Shown one piece after another: positions 49,422-58,986 of a DNA stretch of 64,000 bases. Source of the DNA: an uncultured Gemmatimonadales bacterium (GTDB lineage: Bacteria; Gemmatimonadota; Gemmatimonadetes; Longimicrobiales; RSA9). The position numbers and the translations under genes are program-made. The stretch lies in the NCBI GenBank assembly GCA_963783305.1, contig CAWAMW010000006.1:64001-128000 (forward strand). The letters run 5' to 3'. Below the pieces are notes generated by a model that saw only the letters and a program-made list of their open reading frames with translations, did not search any database and was not told where the DNA came from. How positions within the stretch are numbered: the stretch's first letter is position 1; each line of letters opens with the position of its first letter.

Positions 49422-49768
49422 CCGGTCCCCCTCCCCCTCTCCATCTCCATGCCGGCGCGACGCAGGCCGCCGATCCCGCCGGCGTTCTCGACCCGCTCGA
49501 ACCCCTGCGAGCGCAGCACCCGCGTCGCCACGCTGGACCGGCTCCCGGTCCGGCAGTATACCAGCAGCCTCTTGCGACGGTCTCCCTTCAGCTCCGACCA
49601 ACGCGCCGTAATCTGCGTGTGCGGGATCAGCTTCGCCCCCGCCACATGGCCCCGCGCGTATTCGTGCGGCGTCCGTACGTCCACGAACACCACGTCCTCA
49701 CCCTCCTCGACTGCAGGCGGTGAGGGGAGGACGTAGCCGAGAATGCGGTCCAGCCAGCGTACCCCCAC
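49418..49768 (-). CDS. Single-domain rhodanese-like sulfurtransferase
   Basis: FVDVRTPHEY..GHVAGA, YCRTGSRS, GF..V.N.GG. Confidence 0.9.
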   Translation of the reverse strand: MGVRWLDRILGYVLPSPPAVEEGEDVVFVDVRTPHEYARGHVAGAKLIPHTQITARWSELKGDRRKRLLVYCRTGSRSSVATRVLRSQGFERVENAGGIGGLRRAGMEMERGRGTG

Positions 49769-49770
49769 GC

Positions 49771-50487
49771 CTACGGTGCGCCCGGCCCGTTGCCCGGCGT
49801 AGTGGCGCCCGCCGTCATCTGCCCGTGATCCATCGCCTCGATAGGCCCGCAGGCGATCACAGACATGTCCGCCGCGTGCAGGTTCACCACGTGGCCCGTC
49901 AGATCGAGCCCCGCCGTGGCGGCACCTTGCGGCGAGTTCATGCCCGCGCTGCCCGTCCGGAGCGTGTCGCTCGACGCAGCGGCGGTATCCGACGCGGCGC
50001 CTCCCGGACCGGTTCCGGCCAGCGCCATCCGCAGCTCACCCACCGAGCGGCGCGCCTCGTACCGCAGGGCGCCCTGCGCATCCGACTGCGGGTACGCTTC
50101 GCCCCGCGGGTCGCCATCGTTCGGCAGCGACAGCTGGTCATCCAGGTTCAGTACGATCCCGCCCGCGTCATCACACGTAGCATTCATGTGGATGTGCTGC
50201 GGCACCTGCGTGCTGGGGTCCAGCCCGGTTGCGGCGATCGTCACCACCAGCTCGTTGTCCTCGACCGTGAACGTCGCCGTGCCCTCCACTCCCGATTCCG
50301 CCCGTGCCTCCAGCTGAGCCTCGTACATCTCGCTGCTCAGCTCCCGGCTCTGGCTCACCGTGTCCTGCCGCGTCGTGTCCATTGTGGCCTCACCGGCCGT
50401 GTCGCTCTCCACTTCGCACCCCGCCACCGCGATTGCGGTGGCCGTTGCCAGCAGCACTCCGGAGAGAGTCCTCGCGCGACCTGTCAT
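49771..50487 (-). CDS. Lipoprotein with Cu/Zn superoxide dismutase-like fold
   Basis: Lipobox VAGC; G.ATF......V.I.ATGL, QHIH....C, LTGHVVNLH, IACG.I; Zn-loop histidines not evident. Confidence 0.6.
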   Translation of the reverse strand: MTGRARTLSGVLLATATAIAVAGCEVESDTAGEATMDTTRQDTVSQSRELSSEMYEAQLEARAESGVEGTATFTVEDNELVVTIAATGLDPSTQVPQHIHMNATCDDAGGIVLNLDDQLSLPNDGDPRGEAYPQSDAQGALRYEARRSVGELRMALAGTGPGGAASDTAAASSDTLRTGSAGMNSPQGAATAGLDLTGHVVNLHAADMSVIACGPIEAMDHGQMTAGATTPGNGPGAP

Positions 50488-50565
50488 CGTTCCTCCCTTT
50501 CAAGGGCGTTCGTCCGCCATTCACTGCCACACTGCCGTTCTGCAAAAACCGTTCATGTGCCGCGG

Positions 50566-50850
50566 TCAGTCTCGCGTGTCCCCGTAGCCCCCGCTCCGAT
50601 TCGCGTCCAGGTCCGGACCCCCGGAGTCTCCCACCGAACCGTCGGCATCCAGCAGCGCACGCAGCTCCACGTCCGCCATCTGGTCCAGTGCATACGGCGC
50701 CTCACGCACCCGCTCGTCCCCGTCATCCCGGGTGAACCGCAGCTGATGCGCCACTTCCCCGTCCTCCTCTTCTCCCCGTGCTCGAAGGGGCCCTTGATCC
50801 TCTACATCCCAACAATGCCCGTCCTCGTCCGCCAGCTGTCGATGGCTCAT
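50566..50850 (-). CDS. Small acidic hypothetical protein (94 aa)
   Basis: AGGAG upstream; MSHRQLADEDGHCWDV...LRF...ERVREAP..LDQMADVELRALL; coding-like codon usage. Confidence 0.65.
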   Translation of the reverse strand: MSHRQLADEDGHCWDVEDQGPLRARGEEEDGEVAHQLRFTRDDGDERVREAPYALDQMADVELRALLDADGSVGDSGGPDLDANRSGGYGDTRD

Positions 50851-51017
50851 CTCTTCCGCTCCTGTTGACTCGGGTCCGCCTTCCAGTCCTCTCCTTCCCT
50901 CGTGCAAGGGCGGGGCCGCACGCGCGCCCGCCCGTGACCCGGGATTGCACGGGCCGACCGATCCTTGCGACAGATGGAAGTGCGTCTGATCTGAAATGTG
51001 GCGCTGTAAGGAGGACG

Positions 51018-51397
51018 ATGTACCGCAGTACCATCGCCGCCCTCGCCGTCGCGCTCCTCGCCGCCGGCTGCGCCCCGACCGAGACCGAGGACAGTCAGCC
51101 TCCCGCGGAAGAGTTGCAGGGATCCGTGCCGGCCGAGGTGCAGGATGTGGAGGATCGACTGCTGGACGCGCCCAACGCCGCGGTGGAGGAAGCGGTGGAA
51201 TCGGCGGCGCTCGAGGTGGAGGAAGGCCAGGCCACTTTCTACGCAGACGTGCTCGAGGGGGCACCGCAAGCGGGCGGGCGTACCAGGAGAGCCTGCCCGC
51301 CGTGCTCGACCTGTCGAAGGCGGCCGCGCGCCAGCTCGGATTCCTGGATGCCGGGCGTGCCCAGGTGCGGATCGAGGTTCTGGAGTGGGGTCCCTGA
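51018..51397 (+). pseudogene. rlpA: RlpA-like (DPBB) lytic transglycosylase lipoprotein, frameshifted and internally deleted
   Basis: AAGGAGG RBS, lipobox AAGC, EGQATFYAD.LEG, frameshift, TASGRAY, then directly VLDLSKAAARQLG...G.AQVRIEVL. The usual AAH..LP.GT...NDRGP core is absent. Confidence 0.75.
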
Positions 51398-51441
51398 GCC
51401 CTCGCATCGCCGCGAGGCGAGCGCTCTGATACTCTGGAGGG

Positions 51442-52437
51442 ATGCGAGACGACCTCCATGGCTCCGCGTTGCGGGTGGACGCGGACTTCGCCCACGATGT
51501 CCTGGGTGACCTTTACGCGTACCGGCGGAAGCGGCGCCTGATCGCCTGGCTCCTCTGGGGGGTGTTGGGGTGGCTTGGCGCCCACCGGTTCTATCTGGAG
51601 AGGCCGGGGAGCGGCCTGGCGCAGATGCTAACCGGCGGCGGTCTGCTCGTCTGGTGGGTCGCGGACGCGTGGCGTATTGGCCGGCTGGTCCGGGAGCACA
51701 ACAACGAGCAGGAGGCGCGTGAGTGCGCGGGTGACCCACCCATCGAGTTGTCGTTCATGCCCCCGCGGGCGGTGGATGTCCTGAATGATCCACCGGAGTG
51801 GACGGTCCGATGGAGCCAGCGGGGCACCGCCTGGCGGGGAGCTCGGCTGGCCGGTGACCTGCTGGTGCTGCTCGTCGCCGGCAGTGCCCTCGGGGCTCTC
51901 GCGGGTGTAGAGGGTGGAACCGAGGCGGTGTTCGCCGTGGTGTGCCTCATCGGGGTGACGCTCCTCGGTGGGCGCGTCGACTGGCTCGACGGAGTGCCAG
52001 GGGCTCAGCTACTGGTCCGCTGGAGCCACCGTCTCCGGCTGTATTACTATTTCAATCGACCCGGCTCCCCACCAGGGCTCCTGCTGCGTGGCGCCACCGC
52101 GCTGATCCTCGCCCCGTTCCGGCGCCAGGACCGTGCGGAAGTGCAGCTCTATCTGGAGCTCGGCGGCGTTTTCACCCTCGGCTTCATGGCCCTGGATCTC
52201 GTCGAGGACCTCGTGCTGCCCCTCCTCCGCACGGGGCTCTCCGCCATCTCGCCCCTCCACCTTGCCGCCCTCTGGTTCCAGGAGCTCTTCCTGACGTTCC
52301 TGGTGATCTACGCTTTTGCCGCTCCCGTGGGCGCGATTCTCACTCTCTACCTGCTGACACGTCGGACCCACACCCTCCCACGGCTCCTCGGCGCTCTCAC
52401 GCTCCTCTTCATCGCCATGGGCGCCTCAGCCTGCTGA
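51442..52437 (+). CDS. TM2-domain membrane protein
   Basis: AWLLW..LGWLGAHRFYL...G.G...LTGGG...WW..D TM2 motif plus several further TM helices; GGAGG RBS. Confidence 0.8.
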   Translation: MRDDLHGSALRVDADFAHDVLGDLYAYRRKRRLIAWLLWGVLGWLGAHRFYLERPGSGLAQMLTGGGLLVWWVADAWRIGRLVREHNNEQEARECAGDPPIELSFMPPRAVDVLNDPPEWTVRWSQRGTAWRGARLAGDLLVLLVAGSALGALAGVEGGTEAVFAVVCLIGVTLLGGRVDWLDGVPGAQLLVRWSHRLRLYYYFNRPGSPPGLLLRGATALILAPFRRQDRAEVQLYLELGGVFTLGFMALDLVEDLVLPLLRTGLSAISPLHLAALWFQELFLTFLVIYAFAAPVGAILTLYLLTRRTHTLPRLLGALTLLFIAMGASAC

Positions 52438-52480
52438 CCAGCCTCCCTCCAGAACATCGATCCTCGCGGGACCGGGGTAC

Positions 52481-52516
52481 AAAAAAAACCGCCCCGGTGA
52501 CCCGGGGCGGCTTTTC
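52481..52516. terminator. Bidirectional rho-independent terminator
   Basis: A8-CCGCCCCGG-TGAC-CCGGGGCGG-CTTTT between convergent genes. Confidence 0.85.
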
Positions 52517-52536
52517 CGTTCAGGCGTGGCGGAAGG

Positions 52537-52743
52537 TCAGACCTTCTGCACGTTCTCCGCCGCCGGGCCCTTCTGGCCCTGTACGACGTCGAACTCGACC
52601 TTGTCGCCCTCGCTCAGGCTCTTGAAGCCCTGGCCCTGGATCGCGCTGTGATGGACGAAGCAGTCCTTGCTGCCGTCCTCAGGCGTGATGAAGCCAAAGC
52701 CCTTTTCGTCGTTGAACCACTTCACGGTTCCCGTGGTACGCAT
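52537..52743 (-). CDS. cspA: Cold-shock protein
   Basis: [42 protein letters not shown]. Confidence 0.97.
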   Translation of the reverse strand: MRTTGTVKWFNDEKGFGFITPEDGSKDCFVHHSAIQGQGFKSLSEGDKVEFDVVQGQKGPAAENVQKV

Positions 52744-52937
52744 AATACCGTACTCCCTGTGTTCTGGTGCTGGTGCCGTCGGGGTCCGGTATTTCCGTAC
52801 CTCACGCGCTCACCTTACCCATTGGCGGATGTGAAAAAGACCTGGGCGTCTTGGGCCCAGGTCCTCGCGTTGCCGGGCTCCGACCGCCGGAGCTTTTCGA
52901 TCCACCGCAGGGAACATTATGGCTGAGAGGCTACGTG

Positions 52938-53540
52938 TCAAGAGGGATGCGCCGCGCGCTGTGGCTCCCGGCTCTCCAGCCGCTTCCGTCGGAGTCGCTT
53001 CGGGCCATACCACATCCAGAACCCGCTCGCCGACAGGAGCAGGAGCCCGACCCCCAACGCGTTCATGGCGATCAGCTTGAACGCACCGCTGATGATGGAC
53101 CCGTCGTGGATCCTCTCGATCCAGTCGGAGTGGCGCCGGGCCACGGATCGCACCTCCGCGGAGGCGCCGTCCACCTGTACCTCCCAGTCAGCGGGGAAAA
53201 GCACCTTCACCACGCCGTCCGCGGGCCTCACATCGAGGCGATCCGGGACCGTGCGGTCCGACGCACCCGGCCCCAGCCTGGCCTCGAGTGCCGCCGCTGC
53301 CACGGCCGCCAGCTCGTGCAGCGGCCGCCACTCGTCGAGACTCGCCGCCTGCCCCCGCTGCGTGGGCGGCTGGAGCATGTCGCTGTTCTTCTTCCACCCG
53401 AGGAGGATCCCCGTGGTGCTGCTGACCACCACCAGGACCAGGAGCCAGAGCGCCGCCACGCCGTGGAGGGACCTGACCCCGCGGAGCACCCGCACTCGTA
53501 CGGCTGCGCCGCCCCGTCCTCTTTCGCTGCTTCGCGCCAT
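52938..53540 (-). CDS. PepSY-associated TM helix protein
   Basis: RSLH...TGILL N-terminal TM, WEVQVDG, WIERIHDGS, SGFWMWYGP. Confidence 0.75.
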   Translation of the reverse strand: MARSSERGRGGAAVRVRVLRGVRSLHGVAALWLLVLVVVSSTTGILLGWKKNSDMLQPPTQRGQAASLDEWRPLHELAAVAAAALEARLGPGASDRTVPDRLDVRPADGVVKVLFPADWEVQVDGASAEVRSVARRHSDWIERIHDGSIISGAFKLIAMNALGVGLLLLSASGFWMWYGPKRLRRKRLESREPQRAAHPS

Positions 53541-53753
53541 CTATTGCCGTCTCTTCGCCGTTCCCGTCCAGTGCCGGGGGTCGCGGCCCGAGTCTTCTCG
53601 AGCGTCCCGCGCATACGTAACCCGGCACCGCGGCCGGGTTCCTGAACGGATCAGTGGGTGAAGGTACGGACAGCGAGCAGAGCCAGCGAGAGCTCCGTTT
53701 CGGGCCGCGCGGAGGCGAGCTGGAGGAAAGCCGGCGGGACTCAGAGGCAGTCT

Positions 53754-54398
53754 TCAGTCCACATGCGGCCGCTCGATTCGGCGGATCTCACCGAGCAGCG
53801 TGTACTGGTCGAGCCCGAGACGACCCACGGGCCGCAGGGATTCCACATCCACGGTCATGGTCTCCTCCTCGACCGCCAGCGACGGAGCGAGCCGAACGGC
53901 CATTACCTTCCCGATAACCAGGGTGTTCGGAGCGTCCAGGTCCACCACCTTGAACAGCCTGCACTCCAGGACCGCCGGCGCATCCGCCACGTAGGGCGCG
54001 TCCACGGACTCGCACTGCGCCGCCACCAGCCCGGCCTTCCCGAACTCGTCCGTCCCTCGCGGCCATTCCCCCGAGGTCCGGACCATCGCCTCCAGATGCT
54101 GCTCGGTCACGATGTTCACCGAGAACGCCTCTGTATCCTGGATATTCAGGAGCGTGTCCTTCCACGCCGCATCGCCACTCGGTCCGCGACGCTGTCCGAT
54201 GGAGGCGCCCACAAGCATCGCCGTTGCCGAGAGGCCGTTGAAATAGCTGAACGGGGCCAGGTTCGGACCCGTTGAGGCGGACTGGGTCCCGAGCCAGCCG
54301 ATCGGCCGAGGGACCACCAGCGAGGTCAGGAGCCGGTAGCGCTGGCGGCCAGAAAGAGCGTCGGTGCGGAAGAGGCCATCGGAGCGGTCGTGGCTCAT
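53754..54398 (-). CDS. Flavin reductase-like protein
   Basis: VVPRPIGW, NLAPFSYFN, KDTL.NI, DEF...GL, LEC, PVGRLG...Y. Confidence 0.9.
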   Translation of the reverse strand: MSHDRSDGLFRTDALSGRQRYRLLTSLVVPRPIGWLGTQSASTGPNLAPFSYFNGLSATAMLVGASIGQRRGPSGDAAWKDTLLNIQDTEAFSVNIVTEQHLEAMVRTSGEWPRGTDEFGKAGLVAAQCESVDAPYVADAPAVLECRLFKVVDLDAPNTLVIGKVMAVRLAPSLAVEEETMTVDVESLRPVGRLGLDQYTLLGEIRRIERPHVD

Positions 54399-54577
54399 GG
54401 TGTTTCGTGTCTCAGGAAATCTGGGCCGGGGACCCCCGGCGCACCCGCAGCGGGTAGGATGCAAGCCGGGTGCGCGGCGCCGTGCCCGTGGCCCACGCCG
54501 GTTCGTTTCATGCAGTGTCGAGGCGTGCGCGGTGTGCCCCTGGAGCGCCCCGCCACGGACGGAACGGGAGGAGCGGG

Positions 54578-55444
54578 ATGGCAGAAATCACGGGCACGGC
54601 GGCGGAGAGCGGAACATTTCCGATCGGGGGCGACCTGGCCGTGCATCGCCTCGGCTTCGGCGCCATGCGGATCGTGGGGGACGGAGTGTGGGGCCCACCG
54701 GCGAACCGGCAGGAGATGGTCGAGTTGGTGCGTCGGGTGCCGCAACTCGGCATCGACTTCATCGATACCGCCGATTCCTACGGTCCGTTCATCAGCGAGG
54801 AGATCATCGCCGAGGCGCTCCACCCGTATCCGGAGGGCCTCGTGATCGCCACCAAGGCCGGCCTGATGCGCAGTGGGCCCGGAGAGTGGGAGCCCAATGG
54901 CCGGCCGGAGCACCTCCGCGAGCGGTGCGAGGGCAGCCTGCGGCGGCTGAAGGTCGACCGGATCGACCTTTTCCAGCTCCACCGGATCGATCCCGACGTC
55001 CCCACCGCCGACCAGTTCGGTGCACTCAAGCGTCTCCAGGAGGAGGGAAAGGTGCGGCACGTGGGGCTCTCCGAGGTCTCGGTGGAGGATATCGAGCGGG
55101 CCCGCGAGACCCTCGATGTCGTATCCGTGCAGAACAAGTACAACCTCGCCGAACGGGAGTCGGACGACGTGGTGGATTACTGCGAGCGGGAGGGGATCGC
55201 GTTCATCCCCTGGTACCCGTTGAAAGCAGGCCCCCTCACCACGGGGGACGGTCCGCTGAGCGACCTGGTCGGCGATCTCGACGCGACGCCGGCGCAGATC
55301 GCACTGGCCTGGCTCCTGCACCGCTCACCGGTCATCCTGCCGATCCCGGGGACGTCCAGCGTGGAGCACCTGGAGGAGAATACCGCGGCGGCACAAATTA
55401 CTCTTGACGCCGAGACGATGGCCCGGCTCGACAACGTAGCCTGA
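54578..55444 (+). CDS. Aldo/keto reductase (YdbC-like)
   Basis: [55 protein letters not shown]. Confidence 0.95.
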   Translation: MAEITGTAAESGTFPIGGDLAVHRLGFGAMRIVGDGVWGPPANRQEMVELVRRVPQLGIDFIDTADSYGPFISEEIIAEALHPYPEGLVIATKAGLMRSGPGEWEPNGRPEHLRERCEGSLRRLKVDRIDLFQLHRIDPDVPTADQFGALKRLQEEGKVRHVGLSEVSVEDIERARETLDVVSVQNKYNLAERESDDVVDYCEREGIAFIPWYPLKAGPLTTGDGPLSDLVGDLDATPAQIALAWLLHRSPVILPIPGTSSVEHLEENTAAAQITLDAETMARLDNVA

Positions 55445-55528
55445 GCCGGCAAGGACCGACGAAGATCGCGCTCCCGGCGGGCGGCGCGCTATCTTGATCG
55501 AGCACGCCCGCCTGAACCCGACTGCACC

Positions 55529-55852
55529 ATGGAGCTCGAGATCCACAACCCTGAGCTGACGCCTTCCGTGGTCCCCGCTTCCGCCACCGACCGGAGGGCC
55601 GTCGAGGTGTTCGCCCTCTCGTTCGATGGCTATGCGCACTGGGGCGACCGCTGCGGCTCTCTCGCCACGGCCGCGGCTTCGGCTTTCCACGCGGTTGGCA
55701 CGCTTCCCGCCGACCTGTCGGATCTGCGCGCGTGCCTGTTCTACGAGCACCAGCGCTGGCGCTGGCTGCCGCAGGACCCGGAGGACTCCGACCGCGCCTA
55801 CCTCCAGGCGCTGCTCGACGCCATCCGAGTTGCCACGTCCTCCACCGACTGA
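55529..55852 (+). CDS. Hypothetical protein (107 aa)
   Basis: Compact ORF with FALSFDGY.HWG and LRACLFYE..RWR segments; 4 nt upstream of the next gene. Confidence 0.7.
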   Translation: MELEIHNPELTPSVVPASATDRRAVEVFALSFDGYAHWGDRCGSLATAAASAFHAVGTLPADLSDLRACLFYEHQRWRWLPQDPEDSDRAYLQALLDAIRVATSSTD

Positions 55853-55856
55853 CCTC

Positions 55857-56432
55857 GTGGACGACACCGCTCCACCCCAGGCTCGGCTCCTCTCCGCACT
55901 CCATTTCGCCGCCGACAAGCACCGCGATCAGCGGCGTAAAGGCGAGAACTCCTCGCCGTACATCAACCACCCGATCGTGGTGGCCGAGACCCTGTCCCGC
56001 CACGGCGTGACCGACTCCGTCACCCTCCAGGCCGCCATTCTCCACGACACCCTCGAGGACACCGAGACGACCCCTCAAGAGCTCGAACGGCATTTCGGCG
56101 CGCAGGTCCGCGACGTGGTCCTCGAAGTCACCGACGACCACGCCCTCCCGAAGCGCCAGCGGAAAGAGGCACAGGTCACGAACGCCGCGTCCCTCTCCCA
56201 TCGCGCCAAGCTCGTACGCATTGCGGATAAGATCAGCAACGTACACGACGTACTCCACGCGCCCCCCACCGACTGGTCCGTCGACTGGCGCCTCGGCTAC
56301 GTGGAGTGGACCGAGCGCGTCATGACCGGGTGCCGGGGCACCCACGCCGCCCTGGAAGCGCACTACGACCGCGTCCTCCGCGCCGCCCGCGACGCGCTCA
56401 CCTCCTCCGCGACCCCCACCGACCCTACCTGA
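55857..56432 (+). CDS. HD-domain small alarmone hydrolase (Mesh1/SAH-like (p)ppGpp hydrolase)
   Basis: FAADKHRDQRRK....PYINHP, AAILHDTLEDT, V.EVTDD, LVRIADKISN. Confidence 0.9.
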   Translation: MDDTAPPQARLLSALHFAADKHRDQRRKGENSSPYINHPIVVAETLSRHGVTDSVTLQAAILHDTLEDTETTPQELERHFGAQVRDVVLEVTDDHALPKRQRKEAQVTNAASLSHRAKLVRIADKISNVHDVLHAPPTDWSVDWRLGYVEWTERVMTGCRGTHAALEAHYDRVLRAARDALTSSATPTDPT

Positions 56433-56465
56433 CGAGCCCCCGCCGGCCGATTTGGGCGTCCGCCC

Positions 56466-56494
56466 TTGACATTCATCATACGAATATGAAGAAT
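56466..56494 (+). promoter_or_regulatory. Sigma70-type promoter overlapped by an inverted-repeat operator
   Basis: TTGACA (56466-56471), 17 nt, AAGAAT (56489-56494); ATTCATCATA-CGAA-TATGAAGAAT is a 9/10 inverted repeat. Confidence 0.65.
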
Positions 56495-56544
56495 TGGTCG
56501 AGGAGTTTACTCGGACGCACGCGCCACGGGCAGGGAGGGGGCAG

Positions 56545-57834
56545 ATGAACGCGACGACCACAGCGCCGCCACCGGCGGGCCCCCGGGGCCTGGCCGGGCG
56601 CAATGCCCCGCCGTTCCTGCTGCCGGGAGAGCACTTCGCGGCGGGCGTGGTGTTCCTTCTGGCAGGTGCGGTGGGGCTCATCTGGGTGGCGCCTGAAGCG
56701 GCGATGGGGGCGTATCCATCGTCGCGGGTGGTGGGGGTAACGCACCTTTTCACGCTGGGCTGGATCACGCTCTCGATCTGGGGCGCGCTGTACCAGTTCC
56801 TGCCCGTCGCGCTCGGGGAGCCGATCCGTTGGCAGAGGCTGGCGCACGTGACGTTCGGGCTGTTCGTGCCGGGTCTGGTCTCGTTCGTGGTGGGGCTGCT
56901 CTGGGGCGGTTCGGGCCTGCTGCTGGGCGGTGCGGCGGCGTTCGGCGCTGCGGTGCTGCTCTTCGTGGTGAACCTTTCGGCTACGCTGGCGCGGTCGGGG
57001 AAGCGGGACCTGACCTGGTGGTCGCTGGTGGCGGCCGCATTCTACCTGTCGCTCACGTTGATACTGGGACTGACGCTCACAGGCAACCTCCGCTGGGGCT
57101 ATCTGGGGGTGGGGCGCTGGACGGCGCTGGGAGTGCACATGCACGTGGCGTTGGCCGGCTGGGTGGGGATGGTGGTGATCGGGGTGGCGCACCGCCTCAT
57201 GCCGATGTTTCTGCTGAGCCACGGGGCGGGGGAGCGGTGGGGGAAGGCGGCCGGGACGCTCGTGGCCGGAGGCGTCGGGTGGCTGGTGGCCTTCCATCAC
57301 GCCGGGCCCCTGCTGGCCTGGTGGGTCCCGGCGGCGCTGATCGGGGCCGGGCTCGCGTCGTTCCTTGTGCAGGCGCGGAGGTTCTACGCGACGAGGGTGA
57401 AGCGGCAGCTCGACGCCGGCCTGCGGACCGCTGCAGCGGGCCTGGGAATCCTGGCCCTCGGCCTCCTGCTCGGGGGAGTCGTGCTGGCCACGGACCTCGC
57501 TCCCGCCCGGCTGGCGACGGCCTACGGGGCCGCGCTCGTCCTGGGCCTCACGGTTTTCGTTGCGGCTCACTATTACAAGATCGTGCCGTTCCTGGTCTGG
57601 TTCCATCGCTACGGCCCCCGCGTCTCGCAGGGCCCGGTGCCGCGGGTAAGCGAGCTATACTCCGGCCGGGCGGCCACGTGGGCGGGCGGCCTGATGGCGC
57701 TGGGGTCGCTCGGCGTGGTGCTCGGGGTCGTCGCGGGATCAGGTGGGGCGGCGCGCACAGCGGCGGTCCTGCTGGCTGCGGGGGCCGCGATCGAACTGGT
57801 TCAGATGGGGAGGCTCGGATGGAAGAAACCGTGA
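56545..57834 (+). CDS. Polytopic membrane protein (~12 TM) with in-membrane His motifs, DUF2249-cluster associated
   Basis: THLFTLGW....[18 protein letters not shown]....[27 protein letters not shown]. Confidence 0.8.
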   Translation: MNATTTAPPPAGPRGLAGRNAPPFLLPGEHFAAGVVFLLAGAVGLIWVAPEAAMGAYPSSRVVGVTHLFTLGWITLSIWGALYQFLPVALGEPIRWQRLAHVTFGLFVPGLVSFVVGLLWGGSGLLLGGAAAFGAAVLLFVVNLSATLARSGKRDLTWWSLVAAAFYLSLTLILGLTLTGNLRWGYLGVGRWTALGVHMHVALAGWVGMVVIGVAHRLMPMFLLSHGAGERWGKAAGTLVAGGVGWLVAFHHAGPLLAWWVPAALIGAGLASFLVQARRFYATRVKRQLDAGLRTAAAGLGILALGLLLGGVVLATDLAPARLATAYGAALVLGLTVFVAAHYYKIVPFLVWFHRYGPRVSQGPVPRVSELYSGRAATWAGGLMALGSLGVVLGVVAGSGGAARTAAVLLAAGAAIELVQMGRLGWKKP

Positions 57835-58115
57835 GTCTGACGGAGGCCGGCGTCTACGGCGCGCTGCGGGACGTCATCGATCCGGAGGTGGGGCTGGATA
57901 TCGTCACCATGGGGCTCGTGTACGGGGTGCGCATCGAGGACGGTGTGGTCACGGTGCGCTACAGCCTCACGACGCCGGGGTGCCCAATGGAGATGCACAT
58001 CACCAACGGGATCGTGGGGATGGTGGCGGGCCTGGAGGGCGTGCGGGACGTGGTGCCGGAGCTGGTGTGGGAGCCGGCATGGACGCCGGGCATGATCGCG
58101 GAGGACGCCTGGTGA
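57831..58115 (+). CDS. DUF59/SufT-like metal-sulfur cluster assembly factor
   Basis: [42 protein letters not shown] overlap with the upstream gene. Confidence 0.92.
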   Translation: MSLTEAGVYGALRDVIDPEVGLDIVTMGLVYGVRIEDGVVTVRYSLTTPGCPMEMHITNGIVGMVAGLEGVRDVVPELVWEPAWTPGMIAEDAW

Positions 58116-58723
58116 CGCTGAGGGAGAGACTTGAGCGCTTGAGCGAGGAGGGGGACATGGCGGTATCGGGGGCGGGTCGACCGGAGCGTATAGAGGGTCT
58201 GCCGCGGGACCGGATCGTGGAGCTGGATGTCCGCGAGGACCTGCGGGAAGGACGGGAGCCGTTCGCGAGGATCATGGCAGCGCGAGGGCAGGTGCCTGAG
58301 GGGGGCGCTCTGATGCTGCGGGCCATCTTCGAGCCGGCGCCCCTGTATGCGGTCCTGGGTAAACAGGGCTGGAGCCACTGGACGGACCAGCGGGGCGAGG
58401 AGGACTGGGTGGTGTGGTTCTACCGGGACGACGCGTCGTCCGGGGATGCAGCTCCGGCCCAGGGTGGGGCCGAGGAGGCGCTGGAGGATGGTGAGCCGGA
58501 GGGTGCGGTCGTGCTGGACGTGCGGGGGATGGAGCCGCCGGAGCCCATGGTCCGTACCCTGACGGCCCTGGAGTCGCTGTCGAGGGGAGAGACGTTGGTG
58601 CAGATCAACGTGCGGGAGCCGCGATTCCTCCTGCCCCAGCTGGAGGAGCGAGGGTTCGTGTATGAGGTCCGTGAGCAGTCGGAGGACATGGTGCGGGTAT
58701 TCATTCGACACGCCGAGGAGTAG
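58112..58723 (+). CDS. Tandem DUF2249 (TusA-like fold) protein
   Basis: [14 protein letters not shown]...FEP.PLY and [16 protein letters not shown]...REPRFL...L; GTGA overlap. Confidence 0.85.
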   Translation: MTLRERLERLSEEGDMAVSGAGRPERIEGLPRDRIVELDVREDLREGREPFARIMAARGQVPEGGALMLRAIFEPAPLYAVLGKQGWSHWTDQRGEEDWVVWFYRDDASSGDAAPAQGGAEEALEDGEPEGAVVLDVRGMEPPEPMVRTLTALESLSRGETLVQINVREPRFLLPQLEERGFVYEVREQSEDMVRVFIRHAEE

Positions 58724-58728
58724 AGACA

Positions 58729-58986
58729 ATGGAGCAGGCGAACATGGAGAGCCGGACCGAGCGGGTGCTGGACGTGCGGGTGATCCCACCGCGGGAGAAG
58801 CACCCGGCGATCTTCACGACGTTCGGTGCGCTGGAGCCGGGTGAGTCGTTCATCCTCGTGAACGACCACGACCCGAAGCCGCTGCGCTACCAGTTCGAGT
58901 TCGAGCACGCGGGGGAGTACGGCTGGGAGTATCTGGAAGAGGGACCGGCGGTCTGGCGAGTCGCGATCTCGCGGCTGGCGGCCTGA
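58729..58986 (+). CDS. DUF2249 domain protein
   Basis: LDVR.IPPREKHPAIF..F..L.PGE...LVNDHDPKPL.YQF...WEYLEEGP.VWRV.I. Confidence 0.9.
   Translation: MEQANMESRTERVLDVRVIPPREKHPAIFTTFGALEPGESFILVNDHDPKPLRYQFEFEHAGEYGWEYLEEGPAVWRVAISRLAA

Noticed and set aside
52744..52937. Long leader upstream of cspA as a novel ncRNA
   Set aside because: Long 5' UTRs are normal for cold-shock genes, and nothing distinctive could be supported by eye.
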